A stretch of 37,064 bases of DNA from a bacterium (lineage in GTDB: Bacteria > UBP15 > UBA6099). This document shows, in pieces, positions 1-7,624 of this stretch. The notes under the pieces were generated by a model. It saw only the letters and a program-made list of their open reading frames with translations. It was not told the DNA's origin and searched no databases. The position numbers were made by a program, and so were the translations under genes. The stretch's first letter is position 1. Each line of letters opens with the position of its first letter. Where the stretch lies: contig JAKLIR010000001.1 of the NCBI GenBank assembly GCA_022709505.1, positions 1-37,064 of the forward strand. The letters run 5' to 3'.

Positions 1-1247
1 CCGCGCCCCTTGGACTCCAGCATCTCTGTAATATTTTTCTTTGCATCTTGCCAATCGACTCCGTTATAAGCGCCGGAATTGATGAGTGTGCCGTCGGTAA
101 TAAAAGCCTCGGCGAGAGCGCCGTCTTCATTCCGTTTAGCTTCCGCGTTGTAAATAACTTCTATGATCGGTATGTTGAACTTCACCGCGAACTCGAAGTC
201 GCGCTCGTCGTGCGCCGGCACAGCCATGATCGCCCCGGTCCCGTATCCCATCAGGACATAGTCCGAGATCCATATCGGCACTTTTTCGCCGTTCACCGGA
301 TTGATCGCGTATGCGCCCGTGAACACGCCCGTTTTTTCCTTTTTCACATTCGAGCGGTCGATGTCCGTCTGCTTGCCCGCCCAATCGATGTAGTCCCTTA
401 TTTCCTTTTCGCGCTCCGTGGCGCAGATTTCGAGCACCATCGGATGCTCCGGCGAAAACACCACGTACGTCGCCCCGAAAAGAGTGTCCGGCCGCGTCGT
501 GTAAACGGTGAAATCGCGCTCCGAACCATCCTTCGCGTTGATCGCCGTGAACACCACGTCCGCGCCTTCGCTTCTGCCAATCCAGTTCCGCTGCAGCATC
601 TTCACCGGCTCGGGCCAATCCAGCTTGTCGAGATCCCGCAGCAACCTGTCCGCGTACTCGGTTATCTTCAACATCCACTGACTCAGATTCCTCTTCGAAA
701 CCTCCGCGCCGCAACGCTCGCACGCCCCGTTGATCACTTCCTCGTTCGCAAGCCCCGTTTTGCAGGACGGACACCAGTTGATCGGCATCTCCTTCTTGTA
801 AGCGAGCCCTTCCTTGAACATCTTGACGAAAATCCACTGAGTCCAGTGGTAGTATTCGGGATCGGTCGTGCTGAACTCGCGGTTCCAGTTGTACATAGCG
901 CCGATCTCTTTCAACTGCCGGCGGATGTTGTCAATATTCTTCTGAGTATTCACGCGGGGGTGAATTTTCTTCTTTATCGCGTCGTTCTCCGCGGGCAGGC
1001 CGAACGCGTCCCAGCCCATCGGATGCAGAACGTTGAACCCCCGCAGCGTTTTATATCGAGTGCAAACGTCGGACAACACGTACCCGCGCCAGTGCCCCAC
1101 ATGCAGCCCGCTGCCGGAAGGGTAGGGGAACATGTCGAGACAATAGTACTTCGGCTTATCGCTGTCGTCGTCGCATGTGTGCAGGCCGGATTCCTCCCAG
1201 ACCTGTCTCCATTTAGCCTCAAAATTTTCAAAGTCGTAGTCTCTCAT
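1..1247 (-). CDS. leuS: leucyl-tRNA synthetase, N-terminal ~415 codons; the 3' end runs off the left edge of the window
   Basis: This ORF is absent from the ORF track because it stays open to the window edge. My translation of the reverse strand from the ATG at 1247-1245 gives MRDYDFENFEAKWRQVWEESGL...YCLDMFPYPSGSGLHVGHWRGY (class I HIGH-type motif). It also contains MGWDAFGLPAEN, INWCPSCKTGLANEEV, NWIGRSEG, TTRPDTLFGATYVV and AVPAHDERDFEFA, all typical LeuRS blocks. The Arg-rich + strand ORF 48..1325 is its antisense shadow. Confidence 0.95.
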   Translation of the reverse strand, partial: MRDYDFENFEAKWRQVWEESGLHTCDDDSDKPKYYCLDMFPYPSGSGLHVGHWRGYVLSDVCTRYKTLRGFNVLHPMGWDAFGLPAENDAIKKKIHPRVNTQKNIDNIRRQLKEIGAMYNWNREFSTTDPEYYHWTQWIFVKMFKEGLAYKKEMPINWCPSCKTGLANEEVINGACERCGAEVSKRNLSQWMLKITEYADRLLRDLDKLDWPEPVKMLQRNWIGRSEGADVVFTAINAKDGSERDFTVYTTRPDTLFGATYVVFSPEHPMVLEICATEREKEIRDYIDWAGKQTDIDRSNVKKEKTGVFTGAYAINPVNGEKVPIWISDYVLMGYGTGAIMAVPAHDERDFEFAVKFNIPIIEVIYNAEAKRNEDGALAEAFITDGTLINSGAYNGVDWQDAKKNITEMLESKGR

Positions 1248-1432
1248 GGTTGCCTTATTCATATCCTTATAAATTTAATAACCTTCAGCGCGTGCAAGCC
1301 GCGCGTGTCAGGATGTCTAATTTAGCACATGGCAGCCCTCATTTCAAATATAAACACCATGCGAAAACCGGAAACCGCGCTGAAAAAAAGGAACAAATGA
1401 GAAAAACACGCTCGTGAGCTTGTCGAAGTTTA

Positions 1433-1460
1433 TTGACATGCAAGCGCAAAGAGTTAGAAT
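1433..1460 (+). promoter_or_regulatory. candidate sigma-70 promoter for tRNA-Leu
   Basis: TTGACA at 1433-1438, a 16-nt spacer, then TAGAAT at 1455-1460. It lies about 65 nt upstream of the tRNA 5' end. Confidence 0.45.
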
Positions 1461-1526
1461 CTTTTCTTGAACCCGGAAACCCGGCGCATCAGCCTCGCGG
1501 CCGGCCCGGAACCGGGGAACGCAATC

Positions 1527-1612
1527 GCCGAAGTGGCGGAACTGGTAGACGCAGCAGACTCAAAATCTGCCGAGGATCACTCCTCGTGGGGGTTCGATTC
1601 CCTTCTTCGGCA
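1527..1612 (+). tRNA. tRNA-Leu, anticodon CAA (type II, long variable arm)
   Basis: I folded the cloverleaf by hand. The acceptor stem GCCGAAG pairs with CTTCGGC and is followed by discriminator A. The D arm is GCGGAACTGGTAGACGC. The anticodon stem GCAGA/TCTGC carries the loop CTCAAAA, giving anticodon CAA. The long variable arm is CGAGGA-TCAC-TCCTCG. The T arm is GGGGG-TTCGATT-CCCTT. No CCA is encoded. Confidence 0.9.
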
Positions 1613-1615
1613 AGT

Positions 1616-1642
1616 AAAAGCCACTGATGAAGTGGCTTTTTT
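1616..1642 (+). terminator. rho-independent terminator, possibly bidirectional
   Basis: A perfect 10-bp stem pairs AAAAGCCACT (1616-1625) with AGTGGCTTTT (1631-1640) around the loop GATGA. The T run extends to 1642. An A run on the 5' side means it could also terminate the convergent minus-strand operon that ends at 1787. Confidence 0.75.
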
Positions 1643-1786
1643 GATGTTTTAATAAATTGAAATAAATTGTCGATATCAAAGGAAAACTAATTCGCTTCAA
1701 AACAACAGCTTCATGGAGATAGGCGAAGCAATGTCAAAGAGAAGTTCATAGTGCCGACCAACAACCGGGATGATATATAGAATATT

Positions 1787-3244
1787 TCAAACGATCAATT
1801 GGTACACGTTTATCGTGTCAGATTTGCCTTTCACCGATGCCTTGTGAACGCCGGAGAAATCCACTCTGTCCTTCACTTTCATGTATGTCGATTCCCCGAT
1901 CAGTATCGGGACGCTGTTCTTTTTAGAAAATGATTTAATACGGGATGCCGTGTTGACCGTGTCGCCTATGATCGTGTATTCCATACGTCTGATACTGCCG
2001 AGGTTTCCGGCGACGACTTCTCCCGAGTTTATCCCTATGGATATTTTGAATTCCTCTTTATTCTCGTCTCGCCATAGTGCGTTTTGATCGTTCATCTTTT
2101 TAAGAAAATCCACGGCGCAGTTGACGGCTCTCAGTTCGCTGTCGTCCATCGCAAGCGGAGCGCCCCAGAAAGCCATAACGTTGTCTCCGATGAACTTGTC
2201 CAGTGTTCCCTTTGTCTCATATATCGTATCAATGGCGATGCTGAAGTAACGGTTCAGCATGTCGAGCAGAAGCTCGGGCTCTGTTGTTTTAAGTATATCC
2301 TTGAAGTTCGTAATCTCGGTGAACATCACTGTTACGTTCTGGCGCTTTCCACCGAGGTTCAGCTTCGAGGAATCCTTCAAAATTTCTTCCGCCACTGTCC
2401 GAGAGACATAGGACGAAAACGTGTCTCGGATCTTTTCACGTTGCATCTCGTGCATTATCGTCTTATGACGTTTTTCCACGATTTCGAGGGCGTTCTCGAT
2501 GAATTTTATTATTGTTTCCAACAACTTGATGGTTTCGCTCCCCAAACGCTCGAGGCCGCTGTTCGCAAGAACTATGATACCCCGGTTCCGCCCGCCGAAC
2601 GCCAGCCTGAAAGCCAGAAGCTGGCTTACTGCTTCCATTTCCTCTGCCGGACCGTAGTACTCAAAACGTGTATCTTCGAGAACATTGTTGCTCAAAAGAT
2701 ATTTTCCGTCCTGTATTACTTTATAGAAGATGTGATCATCGGGCAGAGGTTCGTCTTCGGGATTCAATCTGCTTTTGAGCTGATCGTTTTCGTCGAGAAG
2801 GAATATCTCCACCGTTTCAGATTTGCCGAGTTCGCTGAATTGTTTTTCAAGCATCCGAAAGATCATGTCGGCTGTTGCGTTTTCAATGAGTCCGATCAAT
2901 ATTTCCCTGCATCGCTGCATCATCGCATATTCTTCGTTCCCTTTGCGGATGACGTGCCCCAGATGAACGCTCAAAACGGTGATCACGACCATCGCGACCA
3001 TGTAGTTTATTCCATAGACGGAATTCTCCGAAACCTGCATGGCGAGAAACGGGGCTTGAAAAACAATGAGCACGAAACCGATGAAAATCGAGCCGGTGCG
3101 CCTGAAATGAATTCCCGTATAAAGGATAGGGATGCCCATGAATAATCGCGTCCATTCGTATAGAGGCCATCTGTAGTAATGGGATGCTCCTATTAATGAG
3201 CAGGAGATAACTGAAGATATTATTATAATCAATATCTTTTTCAA
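1787..3244 (-). CDS. cassette 1 gene D: membrane-anchored (about 4 TM) GAF-like class III nucleotide cyclase, C2-like variant
   Basis: 485 aa. Four N-terminal hydrophobic helices occupy residues ~4-98. The central region ends in a GAF-like block (RGIIVLANSG...IENALE). The C-terminal cyclase homology domain reads VTVMFTEITNF...DKFIGDNVMAFWGAP...IGINSGEVVAGNLGS..MEYTIIGDTVNTASRI. Key residues are E310 (normally the first metal Asp), K350, D354, T424, N431 and R435. The start codon overlaps the stop of the upstream gene in ATGA (3241-3244). Confidence 0.9.
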   Translation of the reverse strand: MKKILIIIISSVISCSLIGASHYYRWPLYEWTRLFMGIPILYTGIHFRRTGSIFIGFVLIVFQAPFLAMQVSENSVYGINYMVAMVVITVLSVHLGHVIRKGNEEYAMMQRCREILIGLIENATADMIFRMLEKQFSELGKSETVEIFLLDENDQLKSRLNPEDEPLPDDHIFYKVIQDGKYLLSNNVLEDTRFEYYGPAEEMEAVSQLLAFRLAFGGRNRGIIVLANSGLERLGSETIKLLETIIKFIENALEIVEKRHKTIMHEMQREKIRDTFSSYVSRTVAEEILKDSSKLNLGGKRQNVTVMFTEITNFKDILKTTEPELLLDMLNRYFSIAIDTIYETKGTLDKFIGDNVMAFWGAPLAMDDSELRAVNCAVDFLKKMNDQNALWRDENKEEFKISIGINSGEVVAGNLGSIRRMEYTIIGDTVNTASRIKSFSKKNSVPILIGESTYMKVKDRVDFSGVHKASVKGKSDTINVYQLIV

Positions 3245-4152
3245 GTGATTCCCACTCCCTGAAGGATGGCCTGAAGTACGGAAAGTATTACTGCGGACAC
3301 GAGGGCGTTTCTGAATCTGGCGAACGTCAGGCTTGCGAGCAGAATTGAAATAAGTGAATACGTGATGAAGCCGCCCAACGCTTGAAAAAAGTTAACTTTG
3401 CCTATGAAATAGAAAAAGACGAACTGAGGCAGCGAGATAATTGATATTAGCGATAGCAGAATGAAAATATTGCCGAGTAGTCCGGGTCCCTTCGCCTGAA
3501 GGTTTTTCCATACGGTGAAAATAAAGATATATATCACGAGACTCATTGGGAATGTCGTGGAAATTTCAGAGGCGAATCTCCATATGTGAAATTCGAACTT
3601 CAGCCCGTAAGCGTTCATTCCGATTATTGTGTACACCGCTATTAGCGCCGAAGGAACGATCGCCACGAGAGCGTCTGTAATCAATTTGCTTTTTCTTACT
3701 CCAAGTTTCTCCATAACTTCGGGTTCCGTCCATGTCCAATAGAAAATCTGCCATGTGGCCAGCAACCAGTATGGGGTTTCAAGGGTATGGTTTCCATAAG
3801 TGACTATCAGATACGTTTCAAATATCACAACGGAAACAAATAGCAGGATAAGCTTTCGTGAGTCAAAATGGCCCGTGATATAAAACGCGCCCGGCAGAAG
3901 GATCAGAAAATATACGGAGTCGATAAGAATTCTCGCGCGGAACGAACCGAAATAATCCGTAACATTTAAGTATTGCAGCGTCGTGCATAAAATACCGCAG
4001 CAGAAGACGAACAAAAGGCTTTTTCGGAAAACGGGCTCGGACGTCAGTCTGACGCGAATCCGGCCCGCCGCAAGTTTTTCCACAAGATCGAGGCGTGAAA
4101 ACCATTCGCCGTCGGGAACAATATTTTTCGTCTGTTCATTCATAGCCTTCAC
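3241..4152 (-). CDS. cassette 1 gene C: polytopic integral membrane protein of unknown function
   Basis: 303 aa with about 8 hydrophobic helices. It is colinear with the paralog at 9079..9984. Shared motifs are YW[TM]W[TS][ED]P..M..[LM]G, YG[LF]KF, FPM, VW[KN][NR]L and F.[RK]FR.AL. It has ATGA overlaps at both ends. I recognise no catalytic motif. Confidence 0.8.
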   Translation of the reverse strand: MKAMNEQTKNIVPDGEWFSRLDLVEKLAAGRIRVRLTSEPVFRKSLLFVFCCGILCTTLQYLNVTDYFGSFRARILIDSVYFLILLPGAFYITGHFDSRKLILLFVSVVIFETYLIVTYGNHTLETPYWLLATWQIFYWTWTEPEVMEKLGVRKSKLITDALVAIVPSALIAVYTIIGMNAYGLKFEFHIWRFASEISTTFPMSLVIYIFIFTVWKNLQAKGPGLLGNIFILLSLISIISLPQFVFFYFIGKVNFFQALGGFITYSLISILLASLTFARFRNALVSAVILSVLQAILQGVGIT

Positions 4153-5000
4153 TTCAGAATCGGCATGGATTTAAGAAACAAATAATAAGCAAGATATGAA
4201 AACAGCACCATTCTTGTTGAACGGCAGAAGAAAAACGCCATTCCCGTCGGGAGTTGGGTGACTACGGCGACAGAGAAAATGCTTAACAGACCCATCAAAA
4301 TCTTTCCGGAACCAACGGCCGACGGGAACCACAAGACGAACATGAATAAGATGTTGATGACAATCAGAACCGAGGGTTCGTATCGCATACCCAGAAGACG
4401 TCTTGTCATGATACCGTAAGTGAATCCGAAAACGATGAAATAGTTAGCGATGCCGTTCATGAAAAAAATGAGATAGCCGCCCAAGGTAAGGGGTGTGAAC
4501 TTGAAGTGTCCTACTCTTGTCAGAAAATAATAAACTAAAGTAATGGTTAATGTTGAAAGGAGTATGGAGAAAAGGATTTCCATGGCGAAGTTTCTTTTTC
4601 CAGAGTAGCCCAAGCGAAAGAGAAAATCCCGCTCGTTGATCAGAAACATGTACAGGCAGAGCGCCGCCGGCATGAAGAAGAGCGCGAACCAAGCCGAGAG
4701 GCCGAGCAAAAGAGGGGCCTGTCCTGATGCGAAAAGTATGCAGAATCCGGCGAACCACGCCCAACTGCGTTTCGAGGCCCCGCCGAGCAGGAACAGACCC
4801 AATGGGTAAACGATTAGAATCGTTTTGATCATATTGCCGGTTTCTATCAGCACCGCATTGTGGAGTATATTCAGCAGAAAGGTGCAGAATGACATCGTGA
4901 CTATGATCAGCGCCGCTTTTCGAAACGAGTGGTCAGCAAACAAATTCATACGCTGCGAACCGGGATAGTAATCCGATGTGGTTCTGAAATAATATTTCAC
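4149..5000 (-). CDS. cassette 1 gene B: polytopic integral membrane protein of unknown function
   Basis: 283 aa with about 8-9 hydrophobic helices. It is colinear with the paralog at 10001..10855. Shared motifs are YF[RK]...[DN]YYPG.QR at the N-terminus, LGY[ST]G, RR[LF]L.MRYE, F.RSTR and YYLFL. It has ATGA overlaps at both ends. Confidence 0.8.
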   Translation of the reverse strand: MKYYFRTTSDYYPGSQRMNLFADHSFRKAALIIVTMSFCTFLLNILHNAVLIETGNMIKTILIVYPLGLFLLGGASKRSWAWFAGFCILFASGQAPLLLGLSAWFALFFMPAALCLYMFLINERDFLFRLGYSGKRNFAMEILFSILLSTLTITLVYYFLTRVGHFKFTPLTLGGYLIFFMNGIANYFIVFGFTYGIMTRRLLGMRYEPSVLIVINILFMFVLWFPSAVGSGKILMGLLSIFSVAVVTQLPTGMAFFFCRSTRMVLFSYLAYYLFLKSMPILK

Positions 5001-6502
5001 TTATCTAATCCCTTAAGCTCATAAAGTCCGCCGAGCGCGCCGTTCTCGCGGTCCGGGAGTTTCTCGAGCCGTATCATGGTTTTCGCGGTCTGCTCTGAAA
5101 GAATGATCTTCGTATTATATTCTTTAGTCAGTGATTCAATCTCCATGGCTTTTTCGACTTCCTCGCCGAGAATCGTGAACTCCCTCTTTCTTTCGTCTCC
5201 GATGTTGCCGATGAGCACATTACAAGTGTGAAGCCCGATCCCCGAGCGGAAAACGGGCCGTCCTTCTTCGATCCATTTTTCGCAGAGTTTTTCGAGTTTT
5301 TCGGACATGGCCGCCGCGGCGCGCGCCGCGTGTTCAGCGTGTTCGGCGTCGTGCGCCGGAGCCCCCCAATAGGCGACGATGCAGTCTCCTATAAACTTGT
5401 CCACGGTACCCTGATGTTCGAATATCACGTTTACTATTTCCGTAAAATATTCGTTGAGCTGCTCCAAAATCTGTTCCGGCGTCATTTTTTCCGAGATTCG
5501 CGTGAAATCACGGATGTCGGACACAAGAATAGTGACTTCCTGCCATCGTCCTTTCAGAAGGTCGGGGTTCTGAAGTATGTGCTCTGCCACGGATGAGGAG
5601 ACAAATCTTGAAAAAAGGTCCCGCATTTGCTCTTCGCGAAGTTTTTCGAATTCCTTGCTGCGCTCCTGCCTTATGTTGTGAATCACGGAGGCGGCTATCC
5701 CAGCCATCAGTTGCGAGACAGAGACATCATTGTCGGTGAACGACTCGCTCCTGTTACTCCCCGCGGCCGAGAGAGCGCCGTAAACAACGCCTCCGGATTC
5801 CACGGGCGTGATTATCATCGGTTTCGGAGGGATATCAGTGCCGGTCTTTTTCAACCTCGGGTCATCCGCCGCGCTATGAATGACAAGTGCGGACTTTTCC
5901 CTTGCGGACCATATCAGGGGATGATTCTCCGCAAGTTTCCATCCTGTTGTCACAGCACTGCGCCCGTTCGCGGCCGCGAATACGGGCCATTCGGCGGAGT
6001 CTCCGTCTGTCATCAGCAGCGTCGCCGCGATCTGAGCGTTGATCAGCGAAACAACCCCCTCCGCCAGCCGGAGCATCACGCCTTTCTCCTCCGTTTCGCC
6101 TGCGATGTTCATAACGATGTCGGAGATTGCAGATACGCTTTTCTGCGCCAGCCGACCGCGTCCGATTGTGTAGCCTATGAATATTCCAAAGAACAATATG
6201 AAAGCAATCATTACCGCGGCGCTGTAAAGACCGTATTCTTCACCAGCTATGGCCTTGTCCATCCGCAGCAAAGGCATGAACAGCAAGGCGCACAAGATTC
6301 CGCCTGTGATTCCGCCGGTCTGTCCGTAAGCTATCCCCAATTGATAAAGCGGTAAGAGTACCATGAAACGGTAGTATTGGTGAAACGGCAGATTATAAAG
6401 AGCTGTAACATATATAACAACGAAGCACACAACGATTTCCGTTAAAACAAATATCCAACGGCCACGGTCAGTGAGTTTGTTAAAGGATAATCTCTTGTTC
6501 AT
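4997..6502 (-). CDS. cassette 1 gene A: membrane-anchored GAF class III nucleotide cyclase homolog, C1-like variant
   Basis: 501 aa with N-terminal TM helices over residues ~15-115. The GAF-like block reads PMIITPVESGGVVYGAL...FTDNDVSVSQLMAGIAASVIHN. The cyclase domain reads VTILVSDIRDFT...VDKFIGDCIVAYWGAP...GIGLHTCNVLIGNIGD..EFTILGEEVEKAMEIES. Both metal Asp residues are present (D329, D373). The transition-state Asn and Arg positions are E450 and E454. Confidence 0.9.
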   Translation of the reverse strand: MNKRLSFNKLTDRGRWIFVLTEIVVCFVVIYVTALYNLPFHQYYRFMVLLPLYQLGIAYGQTGGITGGILCALLFMPLLRMDKAIAGEEYGLYSAAVMIAFILFFGIFIGYTIGRGRLAQKSVSAISDIVMNIAGETEEKGVMLRLAEGVVSLINAQIAATLLMTDGDSAEWPVFAAANGRSAVTTGWKLAENHPLIWSAREKSALVIHSAADDPRLKKTGTDIPPKPMIITPVESGGVVYGALSAAGSNRSESFTDNDVSVSQLMAGIAASVIHNIRQERSKEFEKLREEQMRDLFSRFVSSSVAEHILQNPDLLKGRWQEVTILVSDIRDFTRISEKMTPEQILEQLNEYFTEIVNVIFEHQGTVDKFIGDCIVAYWGAPAHDAEHAEHAARAAAAMSEKLEKLCEKWIEEGRPVFRSGIGLHTCNVLIGNIGDERKREFTILGEEVEKAMEIESLTKEYNTKIILSEQTAKTMIRLEKLPDRENGALGGLYELKGLDK

Positions 6503-6575
6503 CCCCTCGTCTCAAGAGTATCACCGGATGTTTATTGATTGTTTGTGGCACTATTAGACCATGAAATGAGAACAG

Positions 6576-6806
6576 ATGTCAACTTGGATTCGCCGTTTGA
6601 TTACATTTCGGACAATTTCGTATGGGGATAATGATAAAGCTATTGATTATTATCTTCGCTACCTTTGTATTAATGAAAATGAAAAAGAAAAAGACGAAAT
6701 CAACGGTCGTGTTAACGAGTTAGTTGAATCAAAAAAAGCCTGTATATCCGGCTTGACAACGAGCCCGATTTTGATAGAAGCTGTTGTATCAAGAGGCGGG
6801 ATATGA
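6576..6806 (+). CDS. possible small ORF (76 aa) of unknown function
   Basis: Its stop overlaps the downstream ATG in ATGA (6803-6806), and its amino-acid composition is not obviously random. The ribosome-binding site is weak and I see no recognisable motif. It may simply be the 5' leader of the downstream gene. Confidence 0.25.
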   Translation: MSTWIRRLITFRTISYGDNDKAIDYYLRYLCINENEKEKDEINGRVNELVESKKACISGLTTSPILIEAVVSRGGI

Positions 6807-7477
6807 CAAAGAGTAGGGCGATAATCGCAAGTTACGTGGGTGTGCTGGTCATAGCATGTCCGATCTTCATTGCGGGCGGCAGGTTGTTATATTGGCAGGC
6901 AATACTTTATTTGATTGTGGCGATGATAGGTACGACGATTAACCATCTACTTACACCCAAGGGTTCCGATTTGACAGTCGATAGAGCGACAAGAGCGCGT
7001 GAAGGCGTTAAGTGGGACAAAGCGTTGCTCGGCGTCATGTTTCTTCTGAGCATTATCACTTTTGTTGTGGCGGGGCTTGATTCGGGAAGATTCAAATGGT
7101 CCGGAGAATTTCCTGTGCCGGTGACGGCGGCGGGCGTGTTTTTGATGACGGCCGGCCAAATTCTGTTCGCATTGGCGAAACGCGTCAATTCTTTTTTCTC
7201 AAGCACTGTCAACATAGATGCGAAACGGGAGCATGTCGTTTGCGAGAAGGGGCCGTACGGATTTGTACGCCACCCCGGATATCTTGGAATGATAATTTCA
7301 CTCGTCGGATTTCCGCTGATATTGAATTCCTATTGGACCTTCATTTTCGTGGCGATGTCCGTCGGCGTTTTGGTGCTTCGGACATACTTGGAAGACGGCT
7401 TCCTCAAGGCGCGGCTTAATGGATATACGGATTATGCGCTGAAGACCAAGTGGCGTCTTATCCCATATATATTCTGA
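6803..7477 (+). CDS. isoprenylcysteine carboxyl methyltransferase (ICMT)/PEMT-family membrane methyltransferase
   Basis: 224 aa with about 5 TM helices. The C-terminal block VCEKGPYGFVRHPGYLGMIISLVGFPLIL...RTYLEDGFL carries the RHP.Y.G and E[DE] signature of the ICMT family. A GAGG-like ribosome-binding site precedes the ATG. Confidence 0.8.
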   Translation: MTKSRAIIASYVGVLVIACPIFIAGGRLLYWQAILYLIVAMIGTTINHLLTPKGSDLTVDRATRAREGVKWDKALLGVMFLLSIITFVVAGLDSGRFKWSGEFPVPVTAAGVFLMTAGQILFALAKRVNSFFSSTVNIDAKREHVVCEKGPYGFVRHPGYLGMIISLVGFPLILNSYWTFIFVAMSVGVLVLRTYLEDGFLKARLNGYTDYALKTKWRLIPYIF

Positions 7478-7624
7478 AAACCTTTCCGGACATTAATAAA
7501 TACCGTTAAGTCTAAGTTCATAATTAAGTTGCTGAAAAGAGCCGTCTGTAATAGCCGATGGGTGCGAAGCTGTGAGCGTAATAGGCAGGTTTTGTTGAGG
7601 TATGAATGAGAATACAGAGAGTTG

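Noticed and set aside
48-1325. A 425-aa + strand ORF, the longest listed in this region.
   Set aside because: Its composition is Arg/Val/His-rich and nonsensical. It lies exactly antisense to a clean LeuRS reading frame, so it is a shadow ORF.
2084-3145. Long antisense ORFs opposite real genes. These are 2084..3145, 5627..6355, 7637..8341, 11083..11676, 14471..15217, 17005..17598, 20003..20578, 21825..22352, 32504..33211 and 36015..36572.
   Set aside because: Each overlaps a gene with strong family motifs on the other strand. All have the biased, Arg-rich or low-information composition typical of shadow frames, and none has a convincing ribosome-binding site.
6531-6540. The 10-mer TTTATTGATT is shared by both cassette upstream regions (6531-6540 and 12515-12524), with TATTGAT variants at about 6640 and about 12572.
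   Set aside because: Both regions are AT-rich, the copies sit at very different distances from the start codons, and a 10-mer match between two AT-rich regions of a few hundred nt is plausible by chance.
6546-6560. TGGCAC on the + strand upstream of the ICMT gene, as a possible sigma-54 -24 element.
   Set aside because: The -12 position reads GACC instead of TTGC, so the GC is not at the required spacing.
3241-7477. A CAAX-processing analogy, with B/C proteins as CPBP/Rce1-like proteases working with the adjacent ICMT-family methyltransferase.
   Set aside because: B and C have a loosely CPBP-like layout (an LG loop followed by helices). However, they lack the EExxxR, FxxxH and HxxxN catalytic motifs, and no His or Glu is conserved between paralogs at those places. 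None of the neighbouring proteins ends in a Cys-containing CAAX box. There is not enough support to report it as a finding.
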